From assembly GCF_021028975.2 (NCBI RefSeq), contig NC_059426.1:79298001-79362000 (forward strand): a stretch of DNA of 64,000 bases, read 5' to 3'. The notes under the pieces were generated by a model. The model had not been told where the DNA came from. It made no database searches and was given only the letters and a program-made list of their open reading frames with translations. How positions within the stretch are numbered: position 1 is the stretch's first letter; each line of letters opens with the position of its first letter. The translations under genes were made by a program, and so were the position numbers. Below are positions 11,001 through 23,300 of this stretch, piece by piece. This DNA is from Sphaerodactylus townsendi. Its lineage: Eukaryota.

Positions 11001-14000
11001 AAAATACAATCCACACAAAGTGAAACTTCATAGAAGAGGTACTCAGTGCAAATAACTGAAAAGCATATGACGGTTGATCAAGTTTGATCACATTTGGCCG
11101 GCCCTAAAGCAAAAATTGCAACCTTTTGAAAGACCCTCTGTTGAACATTTGCAATTTAAAAAATCTAACTTTGGTTGTTTATAAACCTTCTCACAATTAT
11201 GTTCCGTAATTCCACTTTGTACAACACCTAGCATATTCATGGCTACGTATTCTAGTGCCCAGAAACTGGTTTCTCAACAACTTGCTCTATCAGAAATGCA
11301 AGTGGGGAGAACAATAAGTTTGACTCAGTGCAAGCAGATAGCACAGACTTTTTATTGCATTTCTGCTTATGATTATTTACGTATATATGTTACTATACAC
11401 TAGATGTAAATTGTCCTTGTTGTATTATGTTGAATAATGGAAGGACAAGGTATACCCATTTTAAATACATCATCAAAATAATAAGGCATAGCAATGTACA
11501 CTAATTCCATTGTTGTTGCTGTTTTTACATATCAACAGTTTCAGGAGTCATGGAAATTTGGAAGCTGTCAAGTTGCCACTTGCTTAGGAAATGGAAATCA
11601 CATTAAAATATCTGATGTGCACTGTCCACCTCAAAAGTCAGAACACTGCATCAATGGATTGCCATCAATAAAAAACCATGAAGCATCGGGTTGTTGTGAG
11701 GTTTTTGAGTGCCAGTGTAAGTGATATTCAAATAAGGACCTGCATTTCACAGTGCACTTATATCAAGCTAAAATGATGCGCAATATCACTTCTGGTGTAG
11801 TGGTCTAATTCAGTGTACAATAAAAGTGTTGTTATCTGGCAGTAACAATGAATGGGATTTGCTGGTTAATCAATATAATAAATATACTATGTAATCAATA
11901 TACTATATTCTATATACTCAAGATTATTGCCATGCCCTGTGTAGGGGGACACAGAAAAAAATTGCAGAGTCCAAATCCTACCCCACTGTGGGAGCACTTT
12001 GGCAACATACCTGGTGGCATTATTTCTCTCCCGCCCCCCCCGCCCCCCCCCCCGCAAAGTACTGGGCCATCTTACAGTCAAGCAGGGAGACAAGTGGGTC
12101 AGCTACTTGGGAGCCATCGGGCAGAGTTGGCTTCTTGTGGCTCAAGACAGGCTGAGGGGGAAAGAGTCACCTGAGATGTTCTCAGCTGAAAGCACCCTCT
12201 GTTAGAAGCATAGCAACAGCTCAGAGCATCTGGAGAGGTAGGAATGGCCAAAGGCACGGGAGTTTGAGGGCTGAGGGAAAGACCTTGCTCCCCTGATCCC
12301 AGTTAACTCAGTGTTCTGGATATCTAAGTACTGGGTAACAAAGTTTTTACTGTATAATAGACAATGTAGGACAATGTACTACTTCTGTAATGTGTAATGT
12401 TTAGGAGTTCAGTAGCCTTAGCTAATCCCCTATTTTCAAAATTTGCTACAGTTGGTGGTTTTGACTCACATGCCACTTTGGTGGTACAGTTTTAAGCACT
12501 GAAATACTAATGTGCAAAGTAACATTGAAATACTAATGTGCAAAGTAACATAGACCAAAGTAACATTTAGACAAGCCCAAGGAAATATTATTCAGGAATA
12601 AACACAAACATCATTTTGGTGGAGCAAAAAACACATTACTGATGATAAGTGGAATATCAAAAACAATAATTAAAGAAGAATGTTTTAAAGAGGTTTAATT
12701 ATGTGGGTTGCAAACCACGATGAAATGCATGAATACAAAGTTGTGTGGTATGAAAGTGCAGAGATAAAAACGTCAAGGCTCCACCTGCCCACAACAATAA
12801 CAAAAAACAACACAAAACATCAATTCAATTCATTGGACTTAAGAGGCTGCCCCTCCCCTTCAAGGCTTGGGGCAGCTAACAACCTACTATTAAAACACAT
12901 ATAACAAAGCTTAATTAAAAAAAACCCAACATCAATCCATTGATTCAAAAGAGAGTATAGGGTTGAGTGCTAATAATATTTGGAACTGGGGGTGATTATA
13001 TAAGTAGTGATTACATAGAGTATATTAGTAGGTGTGTGATAAAAAATATCTAAAACTCACAGCTGTTCTAAGAGATTTCAGCTTCATCAAACAATGCTTT
13101 TGCCTAAAATTGCATCTGTATTACTGAGCAATGCCAACGAAATGTCAGCCGCAGTTTAATAATGGCAGAAGGCGAAGGAAGTTAATTAATTTATAACTAA
13201 ACTCCATGGAACAGCTGGTGTTGTGGATAGCTAAGATTCAACAATTCTAATTCAAACTGGAAGTTATTTGGGTCACTCACTTGCAGCCTCACTTCAGCCA
13301 CCTATAATATCTGGATTAGAGATGCTTTCAAATTTCTCCCTTCAGTTTGGGATTTCCGATTACCTAACTTATTTGTTCTAAGGTACAACTGATGAAGTGG
13401 AAATCTTTTTTATTCTTTTTTTTTAATTTCAGGATTTTGTACAGAGAACGGAACATATAAATCTTGCCAGAGAAATGAACTTATAAACTGAACATTAATT
13501 TCTATAATTTCATTTGTGTCTTTTCACTACCTCTGTTATGCTATTTTCCTTTTTTTAAAAAAAATAGCTTGGTTGGCTGAGCCTAATTTTCACATTTGGA
13601 AAGGGGGAATCCATCTATTACTAACTGAAACCTTTATGTATCCTTTGCTGGCAGAATTAGTTTTAGAAATTTTCCTAATTAAACAAGACTACAGAAGCAG
13701 CTCAGTGTACTGGTTGTCATGGGTTTTCTGGGCTGTGTGGCCGTAGTCTGGTGGATCTTGTTCCTAACGTTTTGCCTGCATCTGTGGCTGACATCTTCAG
13801 AGGTGTACAACAGAGGGAAGTCTGTTACAGAGCTCAGTGTAGGACACAAACTGGGGAAACCTGCTAATTCTTAACTGAAATAGTAATACTGGCTTATCTT
13901 ACAGGGCTCTTTCAGGTCAATGCTCAATGTGAAGCCCTTTGATAAATTGAAATATGCTAAATAATTATTAAGATACCACCATGATAGTTTTGCAGATAAT

Positions 14001-17000
14001 ACTTGCCTGCTTGCCAGTGATAAATACGTATCTCTTCTAGGCAGTTAGGCAAATAAAGTTCTGTACATTGGTAAAGAGCTCTGTGTGTGGATTGCAGACT
14101 AGTTGTGGGTGGGTAATCACAAAAATTTTGTTGTGCGTGCACAATGACAATAAAATGCTTATGCTTATACTATGATGATGCAGAAAAAGGTAATGTGTTG
14201 ATACTGATACATTTATGATGCCTTCAGTAAGTCCACTGGTGCATTACCTTGTTTTCCACAAAGCCCTGTTGCAGTGCAGTTGTCGCTGTTGTTTGTGTCA
14301 TACTGTCACCTGAATTATGTGGGCTGATCTATGAAGGGATTGTATACTGAAGGTCCCACCTTGTTGTTGGAAGTTGTATTTGTTGGAGGATGTGATAGAC
14401 TTTCAGTCCAACCCAATGACTCCCTTGTTCTGACTTTGATAAGTTAATTTGTGCTTTCCAGGTACTTGCAGTGGATGGGGAAATCAACACTATATAACAT
14501 TTGATGGGTCCTATTATAATTTCCGTGGGAATTGCACCTATCTGCTGATGAAACCAATCAGACCTGGTTTTCAGAACTTCTGGATCCAAATGGATAATTA
14601 CTATATTGCTGCCATAGATAGAGCTGTTCACTCCATGAGCCTTTTCATACATTACAACCACTCTACGATTGTTTTGACACGAGGAGCAGAGGCTGGAAAA
14701 GAAGGCAACCTGGTAAGACATTTATTAGCTTCCTAAGTATCCAAAGAAAAACACAAATCAAAACTTGAGAGCACAGCATACCTCACAGGGTAGACATTTC
14801 CTGTTTCCTGTTTTTGCTACAGCCCTTAATTGCAAAAAGAAGTGGCTCCTGAGGGAGTATGGTGATCTCAAGAAATGTGGGTGGTGTGACTTTTGGAGGC
14901 TGTACTGTGAAGGACGAAATCAACAAAAATCTCTCCCTCTACGCTTGCATGACTAGAAATGCCCTTCTACTCAGAATTTGAGTAGGAAGAGAAATTTCAG
15001 GATAAAGTTGTGACAAAACTGCTGGGTTTTTTAATACGTTGTGACCCACCCAGAGCCTTTAGGGATAGGGCAGGATATAAATCCAACAAAATAAATAAAT
15101 AAAATAAAATTGAATACATAATGTTCAATAAGTGACAACTCCTCTACCTCCTCCATCTAGTTCAATAGCTTATTTAGTACCCCAAGGAGAGAGAGATTTA
15201 GGGGGAAATTGAAAGACCTTATCCATGGATGTCCAATAATACAGAGGGCTGGGTGCCTGGGCAAAAAATATTAGATTCCTTTTTTCCCAGCTAGTGCATT
15301 TACAGTGATCATGATTTTATCATAGCATGTGATTAGGCAACAGCTGCTGGTACTTATTGAACAGTGACTGTCACCATTGTTGATGAGTGATTCAGCTACC
15401 TCCTACAGTCCTTTGTCCATCTGCGGACACCTTTTCCTTGTTTGCTTTAATTTCTTTACAGATTGTGCTTTCCTCTTTTTACCAAATGGGGGAGTCCTCG
15501 CCTAGCAGATGCAGGTGGCAGATCTGCCCCTCCTCTTGCCTCCATTTTATGAATGTTTGCATTTTTAAAGCTTTGTATGCTCTTTTATCTTCTGAGTTTA
15601 CCCCAAAAGGGGTAAACAATACAAGACAGTTAGAATAGTTCCGTATTTTTATCACTGTGGCTCCAATTTATGAGGCTATTTCAAGGATCCCATTGGGTTA
15701 TTCTAATTCTTCCATATTTTAAAGGTTCTTTTCAACAATAAAGAAATTGTTCCAAGTTATTCTCAGGAAGGTATTGATGTCTACACTTTTGGTCAATACG
15801 TTGTGATTAAAATACCTGAAATTGGACTTTTGGTCTCCTATACTCACCTTGCTTTTTATATAAGCCTTCCTTTCAGCACTTTTTATAACAACATTGAAGG
15901 GCAATGTGGTAAGTGTTGTATTAAAGTATAATAATGGATATGTCAAAATAATCATGTCTTTTAAAATTGAAATTATCTTACTTGGATATTACTTTGTATT
16001 TAGAGCTCTGGAGTTGAGAGTGTGTGAGTTCTGTTAAAACATTATGTTAGTTGTCAGTCATCTCAGTGTGTGGTCTATGTTGTTATGTTGGACTGATTTT
16101 AATGCTGGATTGGGGACAGAAGAACTTACCGGCAGCAAACTGAGGCCTAGGCCTCTGACTCTGACAATATGACAATGCCGCTTCCAGTGCACATCAGAAG
16201 GGGGTGTCATCATGTCACTGGCACTGTGGGGACACTCTGGGCAAAAATCCTATGATAGAAGCTGTTTTTATTATGGAGTTTTGCTGAAACACCAGAGCAT
16301 GCATGTATCCACTGTCAATATGATGACATCGTATGATTCACCAGAAATTACATCACCATGTTGCCAGCAACAGAAGCCTAGGCCTCAGTTTGCTCCTGGT
16401 AAGACAGTAGTGGTCATTTATTTATTCATTTCAATTTATAGGCCATTTTTCCCCTTGGGGAAAGCAGAAGGAAGTTCCTTATATTTTAAACTGAAACGTA
16501 TACCAGTATGTCTTTGTTGCTGTTGACGTTCATATTGCCCTCTGAATATTACAATTTATTTACTCATTTTGTATACTGGTATTTTGTCCTTCCTTCAAGA
16601 AGTTTGGGATGACACACATACTTCTCCCCTTAATTTTGTAAGCTTTCCATAGGAAAAAAACTTCCTCCAGAGGTGGGATCCAGCAGGTTCTCACAGGTTC
16701 CCGAGAGTAGGTTACTAATTATTTGTGTATGCTGAGAGGGGGTTACTAATTGGTGATTTTGCCACATGATTTTTGCCTTTGTTACACCCCTTCTCTGAGC
16801 AGTAGCGAGCAGAACTTGAAGCAGTCTAGCAGGAGGTGCACCGGTGTGCGTGGCAGCCTGCGCCTGTGTGCATTCATTTCCCGCCCAAGGACCGGCGCAG
16901 TGGCTGCGTCCTTGCCACAGCCCCGCCCAGGAATGCCCCGCCCCCAGAAAGCCTGGCCATGCCCCCGTCATGCCCAGCCCAGCCCCATTGGCGCTACGCC

Positions 17001-19356
17001 ACAGTTTGAATCCCACCACCATGGGAACCTGTTACTAAAATTTTTGGATCCCACCACTGACTTCCTCCCATTATTTTCATTAATCATTAAAGTATTATAA
17101 GTTTGTACTATCTAGTAGATATATAATGGTATAGGAATTGCTTCTGTAAAAAATAGCAAATGAATCCCTGCCCCAAAAGCTCACATAAGAGTTTGAAGAG
17201 TTTGGATTTATATCCCCCCTTTCTCTCCTGCAAGAGATTCAAAGGGGCTTACAATCTCCTTGCCCTTCCCCCCTCACAACAAACACCCTGTGAGGTGGGT
17301 GGGGCTGAGAGAGCTCAGAAGAGCTGTGACTAGCCCAAGATCACCCAGCTGGCATGTGTGGGAGTGTACAGGCTAATCTGAATTCCCCAGATAAACCTCC
17401 ACAGCTCAGGCGGCAGAGCTGGGAATCAAACCCAGTTTCTCCAGATTAGATACACGAGCTCTTAACCTCCTACGCCACTTCTGCTCCATAAGGGAGACAA
17501 AGGAGAACCCTGAATTTTACAAACATATCTGGCCAAATATTACATTTTAACTGGGGACACGGAGGGACAACAGGGGGAAGGGGAAAGGGTTGCTCACCTT
17601 CAGGCAACAGACCCCAAATTCCCCTTAAATCCCCAAATCTCCAGGAGTTTTCCATTGGCTTTGGCAACCCTAGCATGGGAGGACATAGGGATTGAGGAAG
17701 GATCCAACTATTTACAACTTAAAATGAAGACTGTCACTGGATCGGAGCTTAGAAATGGAGAAGCAGGCTAAGAAATTTCCACTTTGTATTCTAAATTTTA
17801 AAGTGGTTATAATGTCTTAGCCTTTGCCCGAAGCCAACCTCTCACCTTTGTCAGGTACATGCACCAACAAGAAGACAGATGATGCAATGAAAAGGAATGG
17901 CAAAATGGCAGATTCCTTCACAGAGATGGCACTGAATTGGAAAGTGATGGACCTTGCTACTAGACACTGCGATTCAGGTCAACATCCAGCATCTTCTCAC
18001 CATAAAATGCAGTCATCCAGCATGGCTACCTGTGTAGTTCCTTCTATTTGTAAACTTATCTGGTAAGGTATATTTTTTTAGAAAAGCATGTTTCAAACAC
18101 AGACATTTTCTGGTGTAAATATGCGTGATGTAAATTATACACACAAAGTTAAATAGATCAATAACAAGTTAAATAGATGGCACATAAGCCTGACATTGTT
18201 ACTATCTAAGCTACAACAGTTCAATAGGTAAGAATCTGAGAACGGTATTATTATTTTGATAACACTATTTTTACTATCTTACACTGAATACCCATATATC
18301 AAGGCAAATAAATTCAGCCATTGTATTTGTAGGCAAATTGTTTTTTCACTTAATATCAAAACTAATAAACATTTCATATATCTTCTTCATACATTTTATT
18401 TTGTTTTGCCTTTGCCTTTGAGGTTTTGTTCTGTTTTGTTAATATCTGGTTATGTGTATTTGCTGTGAAATAAAATAATGTTTTTAAAATTAACAGAATA
18501 CATTAATGTACATTAAACACCAGCAGCATAGTTTAGTGTATAATCCTAAAGAACATGTAGCAGTAAATAATCAGTTCCTTCCCTAAGTACTCATACCAAA
18601 GTGTGTATGTGTGAATGTGTATATGTGTATGGTAATGACAGTCATTCATGCTAGTTGAAATAAATTTATATTTTAAAATATACCGGTATTTGTGCTGTAT
18701 CATCAGCATTAATTTCTCAACAGAGTTCAACAGTTTTTCAGAGTAGATCATTTTAAGATCCAGACTTTTCATAACCAATGTATTCTTATGATGTAGGGTT
18801 GGCAGACCCTTGCTGAGGACAGGGGATCTTCTGCTTTAGGACCCTCTCAGAGCTATCCAGCTGGTCAGTTAGGGGTCTTGCCAGGCCTAAAATGAGGCCT
18901 AGGCCTTGAAGTTTCAGGTGCAACGATGTCACTTTTGGCAGCAATGTCATCACAAAGGTGACAACAGGGAGATGGTCTGGTATTTGGACAAAACTCTATG
19001 GTAAAAACAGCTTCTGCCCTATGGTAAAAACAGCTTCTGCCCAAATACCAGAGTATCTCACTCAACATTGTTGACATGATGACAGCACTTTCAAAAGTTA
19101 CTTCAGTCAAAAGATGTTGAGGCCTGGACTTCATTTTAAGACTGGTAAGATCCCACTTACCTCTTCCCCACCAATGGCCGGGGTGGGGGGAATCAGGAAA
19201 TCCTAATATGATATCATTCATACTGTGAAAAAAGAGCCAGTGTGGAATAGTGAAAAAAGTTAGAATATTTTGACTGGGGAGATCCAGCTTCAGATATCTG
19301 CTAAGACCAGTCCTTTTCACTTAGCCAACTCTATCCTGTTGTGAAAATGGAGGGCG

Positions 19357-19401
<45 letters not shown>

Positions 19402-20295
19402 CACCCAGAACTCCTAGAGGACAGTACAAAACATTAAAAATAAATATTCTTCATTGAACAAGGAACTTAACAGAGTGTCATACTGCTGTCCCTCCACGTC
19501 CTTACTATGAGGCTTGTGTCATGGATGGATGTTCCCTGCCAAAGCAGAACACTGAATGCAGAAGTCTCCAGGTCTATGCGGCCATGTGTGGGTACCAAGG
19601 GATCTGTGTGGATTGGAGAAGCAAAACCAGAGGGAAATGTGGTGAGTTGAAACACTTCTCAGAAGTGGGACGTTGTTAGAGTTAACCAGTCTCAATGTGG
19701 GGCCAGGAGTTCTCCAGGAGTTACAACTGAATTCCAAACTACTGAAATCAGTTCCCCTGCAGGAAATAGCAGCATTGGACTGCAAATCCTAAAGCATTAC
19801 ATCTTCAGTTTCCTCTTCTTCTCAAACTCCACTTTGAAATAATGGTTTTTATATATTCCAGCTCTTTGGTCTGCTTACTTTTCAGGTTTCATTTTATATC
19901 TCCTACATATTGGTACTGGTATAAATCTGAACTTATCCTGTCAAAATGGGCAGAGTTCATCAGTGTAAATATAAGATAGAAAAACAAGAAAATTTCAAAG
20001 AATTTTAACAGATATGTGTGTTTACATTCCCACTAAACAAACATATATACCCCTCCCTATACAACATCAAGTGGATTCTACCGTCTCTCCCCTCTTTCTG
20101 GGATTAGAGGAACTGATCATAGATGCCATTCTTGTTTTAATACCAATTTTAATGCTGCTTTTAAGATGAGATAGGGTTTATTTTTAATTATTAGAGCCTG
20201 TATTTATTGATGCTGTGGTTTAAATTGTTATTGTGCTCTATCTGTGTGTGTTCACCGCCCTGAGCCCTTCGGGGGAGGGCGGTCTATAAACCTAA

Positions 20296-20350
<55 letters not shown>

Positions 20351-23300
20351 ATATATACACACATTTTAAAATGGACTAGAGATCGAGATGGACTAGTGAC
20401 AATCCTAGGTTCATTTTATTTATTGTATTTTTAAAAAAACTTGTCCACTGACAAGTTCTTATTTTAAGGAGCCTTGAAGAACACAGCTCTAGGACTTAGC
20501 TCTTCCTTGACAGCACTTTCCACCACCACCACCACCACCACCACCACCACCACCACCACGATTCAAAATGATGCAAAACTCTGTGCAAGCTTTTGCATTC
20601 TCCGGAAATCTTCAGCAGGCTGGATGCTTTTCAAGGAGTGTACAGTGGAACCTTGATGTTTGCCGGTAAAAGTAGTAAGGATGAATCTCATACAGTGCTC
20701 GGAACATTTGATGGGAAGAAAAAGGTTTAAAAACTAGTAGACAGAGTTATACTATTGACTTCAGTGGACTTAGAAGGATGTAGCTCTGCTCTGCTTAGGG
20801 TGATACTTGAGAGCCAGTCTGTATAGTGGTTAGATCAGAATCTGCAAAACAAATCTTAAAAGTGAGACTGAAACAGATCCATTTCTGTTGGGTGGTACGC
20901 TGAAGTTAGCAAATGCAAAAGAGAAGAAGGTTCTTATCTCTCAAGAGCTGCTAATGTTTCCATCCTAAGTTGTACCATCTGGCATTTTACACAGCTGTTA
21001 AAGCTACAAGATCTTTGACCTCCTGTGTATCAGGTTGTTTTGTTTGGTGCAGATATATAAGCAAATTATGACATGCCAAATACTAACACTGTTTTTTTAA
21101 AAGCAAGTAGCATGACCTGGAAGCTTTTATAACTGTGATGGATTAAATATACAGTTATTTAGAACAGGTAGTCTAACATTCACTCATGTATGATTTTCTG
21201 TAGCTGTGACCCTGCCCCTAGCAAGTGACTCTAGAGTTCTTCACTTTCAGTCAAGGTGATCATGATTAAGGAGACATTTCCAGAGATGCATAGAATTACA
21301 GGCCTAGTGAAGCTTCCACAGGCTGTTGTGCCTTCCTATAGTCTCTGGGCTTTGACTGGCCTTTTATACTGTCTCCAGTCTGGAGATAATTGACATATAA
21401 ATCAGATAGGGGTTTTGAAAGAGTTGGATTTTTTAAAAAGAAGAATTTGCCCAATAATGGTTGTTTAATATGTGCTAGAATATTTCAAGATGCAAAGTAA
21501 GCTTTGCTACTGCACTGTCACTGTTCATCTTAATAGACCCTTTGGAAAAGTCCCACTTAAATGAATAAAGAATATCTCTATGCTTTCCTACAAAGAAGGG
21601 CTCTTTCATATGTCTCACACAAGAAGGTCTGCTCTGCCTATATGAATAGAAGTAGACAGTTTCCTTTAAGTTAAAGTGGATGGAGTCTTATCAGTAGAAA
21701 TTACTTCCTACCATTTATTATTCATTTAAATAATTTATGCATGGAAATGTAAAATTGGAATACACATAACTGAAATTTCTAAATGTGTCACAGAATTCAC
21801 ATGCCCTCAAGACCAGATCTACAAACCATGTGGGAAAATGGAAAGACTCACATGCTATAATAGGTGAGTGATTTATCAAGGCAGGGGTCCCCAACACTGA
21901 TGCCATAGAGCCTGCCTATACGTTTTCTGGCATTTGCCTAGGGTTGCTAGGTACATCCTGGCAACCAGTAAGGGAGGGGATCTTACCAGTTGGTTCTGGT
22001 GGGTTTTCCGGGCTGTGTGGCCATGGTCTGGTGGATTTTGTTCCTAACATTTCGCTGCATCTGTGCCTGGCATCTTCAGAGGTGTATCACAGAGAAAAGT
22101 CACACACACCAGGACAACTTCAATAAGAAAGAAGAGACGTTAAAAATTAGCAAAGCCTGGCTCCCAGTACTTAAAAATGGACTGATAACCCCACCCGCAA
22201 TACAATACACTCAACCACACCTTTGCATAGCAAGTTCCACCCAAATACTTAATTATTGGTTCCCCACCCTGGGACATGGACAATATACCACACTAAACTT
22301 TCCCTTCTGACGTAGACACAGTGTGAAACAGACTTTTCTCTGTGATGCACCTCTGAAGATGCCAGCCACAGATGCAGGCGAAATGTTAGGAACAAAATCC
22401 ACCAGACTATGGCCACACAGCCCGGAAAACCCACCAGAACCAGTTGAATCTGTCCGTGAAAGCCGAGAATACATTGAACGGATCTTACCAGGTTTAAAAG
22501 GGAGGCTTACACCCCAGAGTCACCAACATGATGACAACATGATGACATCATCCTGCTGGCTGACCTTGGGCCAGTCACAGTTTTCTCAGCCACGAGGAGG
22601 CAGGCAATGGCAAATCACTTCTGACTGTCTCTTTTCCTGAAAACCCTATGGAGTTGCTATGAGAACTGTGATTCAATTATGCTTTCTACCACCGCTGTGA
22701 TCAGAGCTATACTGAATTTTTACCCTCAGACATCCTTGAGATTAAAAAAAAATGTTTTTGAAGTAATATGAAAAGCACCTCTCAATTGTTCAGCTATGTT
22801 CATGCCTATTCACAGCCTTTACTCAAGCTCTTCCGTTTTTATAGTAATTTCAACCATTATGCTCAGATATGCTGATTAGCTGGGGTCACAGTTATGTGCC
22901 CCCAGCTAGTAGAAAACAATCATGTAATAAATGTGATGGCATAATGGAATTGAATAACCAATCACATAACATCACTGAGAGTATGCAAAGCCAATTTACC
23001 CTAAAAGGTGTAATCAAGCTCTGGTCACATTAGAATGTACATTGCAATTAATATTTTGATACATAATGATATGGAATGTATCAGAAGGCATATTCATGCC
23101 AATGAGGCAAGGCAACTTCAGCACCCAGATGCATTTTAATGTACAACAAAATGGATATGCATCATATTTAGCCACACTAGGCCATGGTGATTTCATTGCC
23201 ACACTACATTACACAGCAGGGTGCATTGGCCCAGATGCAAAGACAATGAGTTTGTGTACCTCCTGCCTCCACAAACATATTTGGGGTAGCTCTCCAAGAT

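Noticed and set aside
20474-20656. Poly-Thr ORF as a possible mucin PTS exon
   Set aside because: It is a (CAC)n microsatellite in the K-L intron, downstream of VWD4, and exons K and L already join in frame.
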